From a virus (taxonomy: Duplodnaviria; Caudoviricetes): a stretch of DNA of 64,000 bases. Positions 36,569-47,497 of the stretch are shown here, piece by piece; within the stretch, counting starts at the first letter, position 1, and each line of letters begins with the position of its first letter. Where the stretch lies: positions 7,991 through 71,990 of IMG/VR virus record IMGVR_UViG_2923249236_000002. The stretch is one strand, 5' to 3'. The notes under the pieces are model-generated. The model was not told where the DNA came from, did not search any database, and saw only the letters and a list, made by a program, of their open reading frames with translations. The position numbers were made by a program, and so were the translations under genes.

Positions 36569-37285
36569 ATTCCGCTAAGTTTTCCAAATGTATACTTAAA
36601 TACCCGAGGGAGAATAGAGACGTTATCTCTGAATATTCTCGACAGTATACGAAATGCAGCCAGGGAGATGCCTGATTCAACTGATATTCAGGTACAACTA
36701 CGTGATGCATTATACAGGGTGCGTTATCAACCCGCTGAGGACACGTTTCGTGTGGTCCCATCTCTTGCAGAAGGTGAAACTTATAGTTATCTTTGGGCTC
36801 ACAATGTGGCAAGATGTCGCAACGCAGAGAGGCTGGCCCTGCAATTAAATGGGCAATGGAATTTGCCAGGGCCAATAATAGATAGATTTTTAAATCCTTA
36901 TGCATACCAGGCTGCCATAAATGCTTTAGGAATTCAATCTGACATTATGAGTAATCAATCTGCCATAAATGATTTAGAAATGCAATCTGACCAATTACAT
37001 AAAAAAATTGAAGCATGTAGCTTTCCGGTTGATACTGGAAGTTTTTTATGTGCGGAAGAATATTTAAAATGCCCGATAACGCTGGATATTCCAAAAAACG
37101 GTGTTTTTGTTAAGGTATCATCACAGTCAGATGTTTGTTACTTATTTAGCAAAGAAGAACTCCTTAAATTGGTCGATCAGAAATTAGGCCACCCTTTGAG
37201 TCGGGAGCCTATCCGTATGGATATGATAGTTAGAAAGAGAGACTGTTATTTTAATACCTTGCGTGATACATTCGCCTCAGTATAG
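36569..37285 (+). CDS. StoD/SboD/NleG-family U-box E3 ligase effector; apparent start codon ATT, first ATG at 36668
   Basis: CPITLDIP..GVF..C.LF..HPLSREPI..CYF U-box; frame open upstream to ATT behind AAGAGGA. Confidence 0.85.
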   Translation: MPLSFPNVYLNTRGRIETLSLNILDSIRNAAREMPDSTDIQVQLRDALYRVRYQPAEDTFRVVPSLAEGETYSYLWAHNVARCRNAERLALQLNGQWNLPGPIIDRFLNPYAYQAAINALGIQSDIMSNQSAINDLEMQSDQLHKKIEACSFPVDTGSFLCAEEYLKCPITLDIPKNGVFVKVSSQSDVCYLFSKEELLKLVDQKLGHPLSREPIRMDMIVRKRDCYFNTLRDTFASV

Positions 37286-37443
37286 TAGGTGATTATATAT
37301 TGCAAGATAAACAGGAATTTTGTTTGGTCAACCGGACACAGTCGATAAACCTGAAAAGTAAGAACAGAGGCGGGGAGAAATCCCCGCCACCTCTGATGTG
37401 TCAGGCATCCTCAACGTACCCGCACTTAACCCGTTTGATATCA

Positions 37444-37728
37444 TCAGGCAAAAGACAGACGGTGAACATGAGTTATATCCACTGTTTTACGTGCCTGCGA
37501 CAGACTGTAGTTATTCTGAAGGTTAAGCCAGCTTTCGGCATCGCCGCCAAGAACGATAGCCAGCTTAACCGCCATTTCTGGCGTGATACTTACTTTACCG
37601 CTTAGAATACGGCTGGCGGTTGATGGCGCAATATTCATAGCTACAGCAAACTGACGCAGGCTTACGCCCTGGTCTTCCAGAATTTCGGCAATGATTTCGC
37701 CAGGGTAAGCAGGATCGAACATAGCCAT
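37444..37728 (-). CDS. higA: HigA-family antitoxin
   Basis: PGEII..ITPEMAVKL..WLNLQNNY. Confidence 0.88.
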   Translation of the reverse strand: MAMFDPAYPGEIIAEILEDQGVSLRQFAVAMNIAPSTASRILSGKVSITPEMAVKLAIVLGGDAESWLNLQNNYSLSQARKTVDITHVHRLSFA

Positions 37729-38006
37729 TAGTGATAATCCTCCAGGTTGAGAACGTAGACGTCACCGTTTTCAAAGATAAACGTCAGACGCCAGTTACCA
37801 GAAACTTTTATGGACCACGTTTCAGCACGATCGCCTTTAAGCTCATGAAGGTCGTACCCTTGCTGATTCAGGAAATCAATTGTCTTTGCTGCATCCAGCA
37901 TGGATAACCTGTTTTTCAGGCGCGGGACCAGTGATTGTTCTAAACCGCTGCTGTCGCCTTTTTGATAGAACTTGTTCAGTCCCTTATGTCTGAAGCTTTT
38001 AATCAT
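37728..38006 (-). CDS. higB: HigB-family (RelE-like) toxin
   Basis: MIKSFRHKGL..LHELKGDR..WSIKVSGNWRLTF..DYH; toxin gene first. Confidence 0.9.
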   Translation of the reverse strand: MIKSFRHKGLNKFYQKGDSSGLEQSLVPRLKNRLSMLDAAKTIDFLNQQGYDLHELKGDRAETWSIKVSGNWRLTFIFENGDVYVLNLEDYH

Positions 38007-38589
38007 AGCTGGACCGGGTGTTCCTACATATGCAACATTATAGCAATATGTTCCCAGTTGAGCAACGCAGGCAAACTTGCTTTGGCGGGTTTTTTAATGT
38101 CCGGGAAATGTGGGTGACAAAAAATAACCAGTTATCAGATTATAAATAGAGCACAGAGAAAATATCATTGCGTGTGGTCAAAAAATAATCATATTTATTA
38201 ATAATGATAATTAGTAGTCTCCTATATGTTCATGGTGAGAATGGAGGTGCTTTAAAAATGCTCAAGTTCGTTTTTTATGGAGACACCGTGAAAAATTTAA
38301 ATAAAACATTCACTTGTAAATATGTTGTTATTCGCCGTGATGACATAACAGTAATTGCTGAAATGGATTTTTTTTCCTGACTGCAACCGGTCATTGATAG
38401 TTGACGATCTGGAATCAGGACCGCTTATTGTTGGTGTCTGGCATCTGACAAGAGGCGATGATATCTGCCATAATGATGAAGCGGAAGTACTGTCGGGGCC
38501 GTTACAATCACCAGCTTAGTTATTGAAATATGTTCAGACAAGCCCACTACTAAGCGGGTTTTTAGTGGTTTTTTCGTTTCCTGATGTGT

Positions 38590-39273
38590 CTATTTATTGA
38601 AGATGTAGGCCATTCTTGGAGGTGAATAATGCCCCATCTCTTTCAGAATAATGTTGGTATATTCGACGACAGGGCCTCTTGGATGATTTTCTTCTTTATC
38701 CTGAAGATGGGTCAGCGCATGTACAACTTCATGAATAAATGAACGCTTTGTGTCAAAAAGTTGTGGTCCTTCGTTACTTTCATAATACTCGGGATATGAA
38801 TCATCATCAGTATCGTCCAGATTGAGACAAATGACTTTCCTGCCTTCTGAAAGTGTGAAGTCTTCCGGAGTCACGGTAGTTGCAAAGGCTTCGCCTGCCC
38901 CCAGTAGCCAACGCTGCTCCACATCATGTAGTTCTTTTTCATATGCGTAATTCATCAGTCTGCGGAATGTTTCGCTTTGGGTGTACGCATTTTGAAGTAC
39001 GGAGGATAGTTCACCGTAGCATTCGCCATAAGTGTCGTCATCAATTTCTGTATCAGGGTCTATTCCACCCGCGCCTGAGATAAGGTACTCCACCAGATAT
39101 ACTGGCTTCAGACGGAATTCACTGTTTATGGCAAGCCTGTCATGAGCAAGACGTAGCTGTGAGGGGCTTTGTCCATGTTCGGGAATATCGGGAAAAACAG
39201 GCGTATCTGCGGTATTTAATCCGTACGTTGATACTCCATGTTGAGATGATACTCCATAGGTTCCTGGAAGCAT
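38590..39273 (-). CDS. PipA/GtgA/GogA-family zinc metalloprotease effector, PipA-like termini
   Basis: HEVVH motif, RGPVVEYTNIILKEMG; MLP...ADTPVFPDIPEH start and RMAYIFNK end as recalled for PipA. Confidence 0.92.
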   Translation of the reverse strand: MLPGTYGVSSQHGVSTYGLNTADTPVFPDIPEHGQSPSQLRLAHDRLAINSEFRLKPVYLVEYLISGAGGIDPDTEIDDDTYGECYGELSSVLQNAYTQSETFRRLMNYAYEKELHDVEQRWLLGAGEAFATTVTPEDFTLSEGRKVICLNLDDTDDDSYPEYYESNEGPQLFDTKRSFIHEVVHALTHLQDKEENHPRGPVVEYTNIILKEMGHYSPPRMAYIFNK

Positions 39274-39697
39274 AATTTCTTATTCTCTGATTACTATTAT
39301 GAATTATCTTGATTAAATCATAATACTGTTTTTGGCTAATAAGCCACATACAGGTAACACTATGATTCAAAAAAACAAAAAGTTGGCGTTAGTTTTTGAT
39401 CTGTTGCCGATGAACGTTTTGTTATGGTGAGCTCCCCCTCAATGATAGGGAATCCGGTTTAGGTATATATTCCTTGCGGGCCATGTCGGCAGTGACCTGG
39501 TTCACAGGGAGGCAACCGGCAGCGCGACAACTTAACGAGACCGGAAAATAATCAAAGTCTACTTCGGTGGCCTTTTCCGTAACTGCCAGACAGCGGAGCT
39601 CGGCTCCCACTCTCATCACAAGGCTGCGCTATTGCGCGGCCTTTTCTTTTTCCACTTACCCGACATCCGGATAGTCCATTCCCGGACAGGGGAAGTT

Positions 39698-40528
39698 ATG
39701 ACAATGGATAAACATACGACATGGCTGGCCTACATCTGGGCATTAATCAGCGGCATATGCGCCCAGTGGACGTTAAACGACTATATCAATCACGGCGATG
39801 GATATGCTCCGGGCTGGCGACGAGAGTTTAGCCGTACTGGCGACGGGATGACCGGCAACCTCTACCTTAAAAATGAGGGCCGTATAAATCTCGCTATTGT
39901 GGATGAAGCCGAAACGCCCCGCATGTGGCTCTTCAAGGATAAAGGCGGCGACGGTGTTCATATCAACAATGGTAATGATGGCGGCGGGGATTTTATTTTT
40001 GGTAAAGACGGCGGTTTTTATGCTTCCGCAGTCCGCGCAGGTATCGGCAGAAAGCTGGCGGTTACTTCCGATAATAATTCGGCACTGAGTGCTCGCTTTA
40101 ATTTATGGGGCGGTGGAGATCGCCCAACGGTTATTGAACTGGATGATGATCAGGGATGGCACCTGTACAGCCAGCGAAATCCTGACGGTTCAATTCGTTT
40201 TATGGTCAATGGCGAGATTTTCACTACCGGCTCGATTCATGCTGGGGCCAATACTATCTCCACTGATGGGAATATTTACGGTTCACTATGGGGTGGGTGG
40301 CTGAATGACTGGATTAATAACACTATTACCAATCGTTTCGTCAAGGATATAAGGCTGGGTGGGATTGAGTATGCACAGGCATGGAATGGTCCCGGATTCA
40401 ATGACACACCTGGCTATGTAATAACCGGTGTCGGTAACGGTAATAGCGACGAATTAATCGATGGGATACACCGACGTCCATTGCAAAAGCTCATTGGTAG
40501 TGTCTGGTATAATGTTACGAGTATTTAA
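39698..40528 (+). CDS. In-frame fusion of holin N-terminus to tail-fibre C-terminus
   Basis: First 29 codons nearly identical to holin at 9372; then [34 protein letters not shown] fibre motifs. Confidence 0.85.
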   Translation: MTMDKHTTWLAYIWALISGICAQWTLNDYINHGDGYAPGWRREFSRTGDGMTGNLYLKNEGRINLAIVDEAETPRMWLFKDKGGDGVHINNGNDGGGDFIFGKDGGFYASAVRAGIGRKLAVTSDNNSALSARFNLWGGGDRPTVIELDDDQGWHLYSQRNPDGSIRFMVNGEIFTTGSIHAGANTISTDGNIYGSLWGGWLNDWINNTITNRFVKDIRLGGIEYAQAWNGPGFNDTPGYVITGVGNGNSDELIDGIHRRPLQKLIGSVWYNVTSI

Positions 40529-40530
40529 AT

Positions 40531-41062
40531 ATGATGCATTTGAAAAATATTTCTGTAGGTAATCCAAAAACGCTGGAGCAATATCAGTTAACTAAACGCT
40601 CCGGCGTCATCTGGTTATACTCGGAAGACGGGAAAAACTGGTACGAAGAACAGAAAAACTTTGCGGCTGACACACTGAAAATAGCCTGTGACCAGAACGG
40701 TGTTATTGTGAACATCAGCAAAGATGTTTCGACAATAAATCCCACTGGTTTGAGCGTTGTTGAATTATATGACATCACAGCAAACCGACGCGTTGATATA
40801 TATGGTGGCTGGATGTTTGACGGTAAGCAGGTAATTAAGCGGATTTATACACCGGAAGAGTTGCGCCAACAGGCCGAAGCGAAAAAAAGGAAAACTTCTC
40901 GAAGAGGCCGAGAATGTTATTACGCCACTGGCGCGGGCGGTAAAATTGAGCATTGCCACAGATGAAGAGATTAAACAACTGGAGGCATGGGAACTCTACA
41001 GCGTTCTGGTCAGTCGGGTAGATACCTCGAACCCTGACTGGCCGGAAACACTGATTATATGA
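40531..41062 (+). pseudogene. Tail fibre assembly gene frameshifted at A7 (40882-40888)
   Basis: [15 protein letters not shown]-terminus; shifted frame [26 protein letters not shown]...PDWPE. Confidence 0.8.
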
Positions 41063-41218
41063 CGGATGCAATACAGAACAGTTGGCTCAAATGTTATTGT
41101 AATTTACGACTGATTGTATGTTATTTGTCGTTTATTGTTAGTTTTTAACGTTAATTTAAGTCGGTGCGTGTGCCTGCATTAATCTATTTTTATTGTGCTG
41201 TAAATCAGGAAGTGGAAT

Positions 41219-43525
41219 ATGTTTAATATCCGCAATACACAACCTTCTGTAAATATGCAGGCTATTGCTGGTACTGCGGCACCAGAGGCAGCTCCGGAAG
41301 AGCTTGTATGGGAAAAGATTCACTTTTTTTTCCCGCAGGAAAATTACGAAGAAGCGCAACGGTGTCTTGCTGAACTTTGCCATCCGACCCAGGGAGGGTT
41401 GCCGGATCATATCAGCAGCCGCTTTGAACATTTAAAAGCGCTTGCCTTCCCCGTGTGGGAGGACAATATTCAGTGTAACAGGGATGATATACATCAGTTT
41501 TGTATCCTGGATGCAGACAGCCAGGAAATATTGTCAGCCACCCTTGATGATGCCGGGAACTATACCGTGAATTGCCAGGGGGACAATGAAACACATCGCC
41601 TCACCCTGGACACAGCACAGGGAGAGGAATGCACAGGACACGCGGAAGAGGCATCCGGGATAGTCCGGACATCCTTTCTCCTTGACGCAACGGCTCCACA
41701 GACGGCAGCAGAATATGATGCTGTCTGGTCAGAATGGGAAAGGGCTGCGCCAGCAGAAGAGTCACCCGGCCGCGCAGCAACGGTACAGAAAATGCGTGAC
41801 TGCCTGAATAATAGCAGTCGAGTGCTGAACGTGGGAGGAGCAGGTCTTACCACCTTACCAGACCGTTTACCACCGCATATTACAACACTGGTTATTCCTG
41901 ATAACCATCTGATCAGCCTGCCGCCGCTGCCGCCAGGACTACGGGAGCTGGAGGTCTCTGGTAACCAACTGACCAGCCTGCCGCCGCTGCCGCCAGGACT
42001 ACGGGAGCTGGAGGTCTCTGGTAACCAATTGACCAGCCTGCCGCCGCTGCCGCCAGGATTACAGGTGCTGACGGTATCTGGTAACCAATTGACCAGCCTG
42101 CCGCCGCTGCCGCCAGGATTACAGGTGCTGACGGTATCTGGTAACCAACTGACCAGCCTGCCTACGCTGCCGCCAGGATTACAGGTGCTGACGGTTGATG
42201 GAAACCCACAGCTGACCAGCCTGCCGGCGCTGCCGCCAGAACTACAGGATCTGTCGGTATCTGATAACCGACTGACCAGCCTTCCGGAGCTGCCGCCAGG
42301 ACTACAGACGCTGTCGGTCGATGGGAACCCACATCTGACCAGACTGCCGGAGCTGCCGCCAGGACTACAGACGCTGTTTGTCTCTAATAACCCACAGTTG
42401 ACCAGCCTGCCGGAGCTGCCGTCAGAACTACAATGGCTGTTTGCCCGTAATTGCCAACTGACCCGCCTGCCGGAAAGTATCAGAGGTCTGCCCTCATCCG
42501 CAAGAGTAAGTCTGGAAAGGAATCCACTGTCTGAACGCACTCTGCAGACTCTGCGGGACATCACCAGCGCTCCTGACTATTCAGGCCCCACGATACAATT
42601 CGATATGGCGGGTCCTTCCGTCCCCCGGGAAGCCAGGGCACTGCACCTGGCGGTCGCTGACTGGCTGACGCCTGTACCGGAGGGGGAACCGGCCCCTGCA
42701 GACAGATGGCATATGTTCGGACAGGAAGATAACGCCACCGCCTTCAGCCTCCTCCTGGACAGACTGAGTGAGACGGAAAACTTCAAAAAGGACGCAGGCT
42801 TTAAGGCACAGATATCGTCCTGGCTGACAGAACTGGCTGAAGATGAGGAGCTGAGAGCAAGAACCTTTGCCATGGCAACAGAGGCAACCTCAAGCTGCGA
42901 GGACCGGGTCACATTTTTTTTGCACCAGATGAGGAATGTACAACTGGTACATAATGCAGAAAAAGGGGCATACGATAACAATCTTCCGGGGCTAGTTGCC
43001 ACGGGGCGTGTGATGTTCCGTCTGGAAAAACTGGAGCAGATTGCCCGGGAAAAGGTCAGAACGCTGGCTTTTGTCGATGAAATTGAGGTCTGTCTGGGCT
43101 ATCAGAATAAGCTGAAGGAACCACTTGAGCTGACCAGCGTGACGGCAGAAATGCGTTTCTTTGACGTATCCGGCGTGACGGTTTCAGACCTTCAGGCCGC
43201 GGAGCTTCAGGTAAAAACCGCTGAAAACAGCGAGTTCAGGGAGTGGATACTGCAGTGGGGGCCGTTACACAGCGTGCTGGAACGCAAAGCGCCGGAACGC
43301 GTTAACACGCTTCGTGAAAAGCAAATATCGGATTATGAGAAAGCGTACCGGATGCTGTCTGACTCAGAGCTGAAACCGTCCGGGCTGGTCGGTAATACCG
43401 ATGCAGAGCGTATTATCGGAGCAAGGGCGATGGAGAGTGCGAAAAAGGCATTTCTGGATGGCCTGCGCCCTCTTGTGGATGACATGCTGGGTAGCTATCT
43501 GAATGCTCGGTGGCGTCTTAACTGA
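41219..43525 (+). CDS. SspH1-like LRR-NEL E3 ligase, about 11 LRRs
   Basis: [12 protein letters not shown]-terminus, WEKI..FF, LPX repeats, catalytic CED. Confidence 0.93.
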   Translation: MFNIRNTQPSVNMQAIAGTAAPEAAPEELVWEKIHFFFPQENYEEAQRCLAELCHPTQGGLPDHISSRFEHLKALAFPVWEDNIQCNRDDIHQFCILDADSQEILSATLDDAGNYTVNCQGDNETHRLTLDTAQGEECTGHAEEASGIVRTSFLLDATAPQTAAEYDAVWSEWERAAPAEESPGRAATVQKMRDCLNNSSRVLNVGGAGLTTLPDRLPPHITTLVIPDNHLISLPPLPPGLRELEVSGNQLTSLPPLPPGLRELEVSGNQLTSLPPLPPGLQVLTVSGNQLTSLPPLPPGLQVLTVSGNQLTSLPTLPPGLQVLTVDGNPQLTSLPALPPELQDLSVSDNRLTSLPELPPGLQTLSVDGNPHLTRLPELPPGLQTLFVSNNPQLTSLPELPSELQWLFARNCQLTRLPESIRGLPSSARVSLERNPLSERTLQTLRDITSAPDYSGPTIQFDMAGPSVPREARALHLAVADWLTPVPEGEPAPADRWHMFGQEDNATAFSLLLDRLSETENFKKDAGFKAQISSWLTELAEDEELRARTFAMATEATSSCEDRVTFFLHQMRNVQLVHNAEKGAYDNNLPGLVATGRVMFRLEKLEQIAREKVRTLAFVDEIEVCLGYQNKLKEPLELTSVTAEMRFFDVSGVTVSDLQAAELQVKTAENSEFREWILQWGPLHSVLERKAPERVNTLREKQISDYEKAYRMLSDSELKPSGLVGNTDAERIIGARAMESAKKAFLDGLRPLVDDMLGSYLNARWRLN

Positions 43526-43620
43526 GCACGATATTCACCGCGCCAGGCGAATGCGGCGCGACAAAGATATTCCCGGCCAAACAATATCAGGCAGTACTGA
43601 TGTTGTACAGGTGAAATCGG

Positions 43621-43842
43621 GGAGACTTCTTCAGTCAGGGCGTGGCGCAACTTTTCGATGATAACGCGCCGCGCGCCGGTAGCGAGAAGCCGATGGAAGT
43701 ACTGGATCACCTGAATGCAAAGAAAGGCAGGGGAAAGCTGTACTTTGCCGGGGAGGGTATCCAGCAATAGTGGGCTATGAAGGGAAACATGCTGTCATCC
43801 CGATATACCACCCGCTATGAAGACCTGCTTCAGGTTAAGTGA
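43621..43842 (+). pseudogene. UmuC/SamB C-terminal remnant
   Basis: GDFFSQGVAQLFDDNAPRAGSE..LYFAGEGIQQ*WAMK..RYTTRY. Confidence 0.8.
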
Positions 43843-44316
43843 CAGGTTTACCCTGATTTTCAAATTTCTGATGTGATGGTGTGCCGCAGCCACGTCGTAT
43901 GCAGGAACGGACTGCGGCAAACTGGCGATCGTTCGATAGTGCGAATATTGAATGGTTGCCAGTCGCGGCGGATTCTACTGGTTAAGAATGACTAATCAAT
44001 GTGTTTAATCTGAAACCAGGCATCTGTTCAACTTTCGTGATCGCTTTTGTTGGCATCGCTATTAAGCCTTCGTCTACATGGGCATTTGGCATCGGGAGGC
44101 CACCAGTGGAAGAGGTCGAGTGATGTATTGGGCAGTGAGTTTGTTTGGGCGGGGGATTTATACGCAAAATGGCCCGAAATACGTCCGAATTAAAACGTAA
44201 AAAGTGATAACTAATTGAATCTATTAGAATTAAAAATAACGTATTCTAATCGTTAAAATCACTTAATTAATATGTAACCTTATGAATTTAAAGAGAAAGA
44301 TTAATAGTTGCCGTAA

Positions 44317-44344
44317 ACAGGGATCGTATTCGGTCTCTTTTTAT
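44317..44344 (+). other. Second att core, one mismatch to 35753-35780
   Basis: ACAGGGATCGTATTCGGTCTCTTTTTAT. Confidence 0.85.
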
Positions 44345-44554
44345 TTTCTTTTTAAATCAGTAGATTGTAATGCCACGGCCGAAAATGTCCGAATTTATGT
44401 ATTCCGGTTTTTTTCGTTATACCACAACGAAACGTATGTTAACATTTCTTTTACGTAACTTATCCCCCCTCAAGGTGAGACTGGCGCAGTCCGCCAGGAT
44501 CACTTTGTAGGAAATCGGTCTGACATTTTGGTGGGGATCGTTATTTTTTTGTAA

Positions 44555-44895
44555 TGCCTGCCTGTGCAGTTATTCCAGTGTATAAACTTGCTTAATTACC
44601 TTCTCACCGTCAAACATCCATCCACTGTATATATCAGCGCGCCTGTTTGCGGTAATGTTTGGTAATTCAACGACGCTCAAACTGCTGGAGTTTATTATCG
44701 AAACATATTTGTTGATGTTCACAATAACACCATTCTGGTCACAGGCTATTTTCAGTGTATCAGCCGCAAATTTTTTCTGTTGTTCGTACCAGTTTTTCCC
44801 ATCCTCCGAGTATAACTATATAACGTCGGAACATTTAGTTAGCTGAAATTGCGCCATCGCTTTTGGATTATCCATAAAAATATTTTTCAAAAGTA
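44555..44895 (-). pseudogene. Inverted N-terminal tfa fragment
   Basis: [33 protein letters not shown] on minus strand with stops. Confidence 0.75.
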
Positions 44896-44937
44896 TCATA
44901 TTTAAATATTCGTAACATTATACCAGACACCGCCAAT

Positions 44938-45100
44938 AAACTTTTCGAAGAGGTCGAGAACGTTATTACGCCACTGGCACGCGTAGTAAAGCTGGGTATC
45001 GCAACCGATGAGGAGCGGAGTCGACTGGAGATATGGGAAATCTGCAGTGTAATGGTAAATGGGGTGGATACCCCCCAGACTGCTCGGAAACGCCGATTAT
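44938..45100 (+). pseudogene. tfa C-terminal fragment
   Basis: [34 protein letters not shown]. Confidence 0.75.
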
Positions 45101-45195
45101 AGGACGGATGCAATATAGATCAGTTGGCTCAAATGTTATTGTAATTTACGACTAATTGTATGTTATTTGTCGTTTATTGTTAGCTTTTGTCGTTA

Positions 45196-45247
45196 ATTGA
45201 ATATTGAATATTGAATATTGAATATTGAATATTGAATATTGAATATT
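45196..45247. repeat. (ATTGAAT)7 tandem repeat upstream of second SspH1-like gene
   Basis: Seven perfect heptamers plus ATT. Confidence 0.97.
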
Positions 45248-45303
45248 TGATGCGCGTGCTGCGTTGATCTATTTTTATTGTGCTGTAAATTAGGAGGTGG
45301 AAT

Positions 45304-47415
45304 ATGTTTAATATCCGCAATACACAACCTTCTGTAAATACGCAGGCTATTGCTGGTGCAGCGGCACCGGAGGCATCTCCGGAAGAAATTGTATGGGAAA
45401 AAATTCAGGTTTTTTTCCCGCAGGAAAATTACGAAGAAGCGCAACGGTGTCTCGCTGAACTTTGCCATCCGAGCCGGGGAACGTTGCCGGATCATATCAG
45501 CAGCCGGTTTGAGCATTTAAAAACGCTTACCCTCCCCGTGTGGCAGGACAATATCCAGTGTAACAGGGAGGGTATACATCAGTTTTGTATCCTGGATGCA
45601 GACAGCCAGGAAATATTGTCAGCCACCCTTGATGATGCCGGGAACTATACCATAAGTTGCCAGGAGTACAATGAAACACATTGCCTCACCGTGGACACAG
45701 CACAGGGAGAGGAATGCACAGGACACGCGGAAGGGGCATCCGGGACACTCCTGACATCCCTGCGCCCTGCCGCACCGACGGCAGCAGAGTATGATGCTGT
45801 CTGGTCAGAATGGGAAATGGCCGCAACAGAAAAAGAGTCACGCGGCCGCGCAGCGACGGTACAGGAAATGCGTGACTGCCTGAAGAACGGCAAATCAGTG
45901 CTTAACGTGGGAGGAGCAGGTCTTACTACCTTACCAGACCGTTTACCACCGCATATTACAAAACTGGTTATTCCCCGTAATAATTATCTGACCCGCCTGC
46001 CGCCGCTGCCGCCAGGACTACGGAAGCTGATTGTCTCTAATAACAAGCTGACCTGCCTGCCGAGGCTGCCGTCAGGACTACTGTCACTGTCGGTCCCTGG
46101 TAACCAGCTGACCCGCCTGCCGGAGCTGCCGTCAGGACTACAGTCGCTGTGGGCCTCTGGTAACCAGCTGACCCGCCTGCCGACGCTGCCGTCAGGACTG
46201 GAGGAGCTGATTATCTCTAGTAACCAGCTGATCAGCCTGCCGGAGCTGCCATCAGGACTACAGACGCTGTCGGTCTCTGTTAACCAGTTGACCCGCCTGC
46301 CGACGCTGCCGCCAGGACTACAGGAGCTGGCGGTCTCTGTTAACCGGCTGACCCGCCTGCCGGAAAGTCTCATTCATCTGTCCTCAGCGGCAACCGTAAA
46401 TCTGGACGGGAATCCACTGTCTGAACGTACTCTGCGGGATCTGCGGGACATCACCAGAGCGCCAGGCTATTCAGGCCCCAGGATACGATTCGATATGGCG
46501 GGGCCCTACGCCCCCCGGGAAGCCAGGGCACTGCACCTGGCGGTCGCTGACTGGCTGGCGCCTGCCCGGGAGGGGGAGCCGGCTCCTGCAGACAGATGGC
46601 ATATGTTCGGACAGGAAGATAACGCTGCCGCCTTCAGCCTCTTCCTGGAAAGACTGAGTGAGACGGAAAACTTCATAAAGGACGCGGGCTTTAAGGCACA
46701 GATATCGTCCTGGCTGGCACACCTGGCTGAAGATGATGCGCTGAGAGCAAACACCTTTACCCTGGCAACAGAGGCAACCTCAAGCTGCGAGGACCGGGTC
46801 ACATTTTTTTTGCACCAGATGAGGAATGTACAACTGGTACATAATGCAGAAAAAGGGGAGTACGATGACAATCTCGCGGCGCTGGTTGCCACGGGGCGTG
46901 TGATGTTCCGTCTGGAAAAACTGGAACAGATTGCCCGGGAAAAGGTCAGAACGCTGGCTTTTGTCGATGAAATTGAGGTCTGTCTGGGCTATCAGAATAA
47001 GCTGAAGAAATCACTCGGGCTGACCAGCGTGACGGCAGAAATGCGTTTCTTTGACGTATCCGGCGTGACGGTTACAGACCTTCAGGCCGCGGAGCTTCAG
47101 GTGAAAGCCGCTGAAAAAAGCGAGTTCAGGGAGTGGATACTGCAGTGGGGGCCGTTACACAGCGTGCTGGAACGCAAAGCACCGGAACACTTTAACGCGC
47201 TTCGTGAAAAGCGAAGCTCGGATTATGAGCACACGTACCGGATGCTGTCTGACACAGAACTGAAACCGTCCGGGCTGGTCGGTAATACTGATGCAGAGCG
47301 CACTATCGGAGCAAGAGCGATGGAGAGCGCGGAAAAGGCATTTCTGGATGGCCTGCGCCCTCTTGTGGAGGAGATCCTGGGGAGCTATCTGCAAGTTCAG
47401 TGGCGTCCTACCTGA
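45304..47415 (+). CDS. SspH1-like LRR-NEL E3 ligase, about 8 LRRs
   Basis: [31 protein letters not shown]; catalytic CED. Confidence 0.93.
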   Translation: MFNIRNTQPSVNTQAIAGAAAPEASPEEIVWEKIQVFFPQENYEEAQRCLAELCHPSRGTLPDHISSRFEHLKTLTLPVWQDNIQCNREGIHQFCILDADSQEILSATLDDAGNYTISCQEYNETHCLTVDTAQGEECTGHAEGASGTLLTSLRPAAPTAAEYDAVWSEWEMAATEKESRGRAATVQEMRDCLKNGKSVLNVGGAGLTTLPDRLPPHITKLVIPRNNYLTRLPPLPPGLRKLIVSNNKLTCLPRLPSGLLSLSVPGNQLTRLPELPSGLQSLWASGNQLTRLPTLPSGLEELIISSNQLISLPELPSGLQTLSVSVNQLTRLPTLPPGLQELAVSVNRLTRLPESLIHLSSAATVNLDGNPLSERTLRDLRDITRAPGYSGPRIRFDMAGPYAPREARALHLAVADWLAPAREGEPAPADRWHMFGQEDNAAAFSLFLERLSETENFIKDAGFKAQISSWLAHLAEDDALRANTFTLATEATSSCEDRVTFFLHQMRNVQLVHNAEKGEYDDNLAALVATGRVMFRLEKLEQIAREKVRTLAFVDEIEVCLGYQNKLKKSLGLTSVTAEMRFFDVSGVTVTDLQAAELQVKAAEKSEFREWILQWGPLHSVLERKAPEHFNALREKRSSDYEHTYRMLSDTELKPSGLVGNTDAERTIGARAMESAEKAFLDGLRPLVEEILGSYLQVQWRPT

Positions 47416-47497
47416 TGCACCAGGCGAATGCGGTGCGATAAAGATATTCCCGGCCAAACAACATCAGACGGTACGGATGTTGCACAGGTGGAATAGG

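Larger units (their letters stand above)
35781..44344. mobile_element. Collapsed prophage remnant carrying effector cargo
   Basis: Bounded by att cores; colinear fragments homologous to the upstream prophage. Confidence 0.85.

Noticed and set aside
40882-40888. Programmed frameshift in remnant tfa, and the T8 run near 38367
   Set aside because: Both are in a decaying remnant; mutation or homopolymer sequencing error is simpler
45196-45247. Heptamer array or 189-bp repeats as a CRISPR array
   Set aside because: No unique spacers and no cas genes; these are plain tandem repeats
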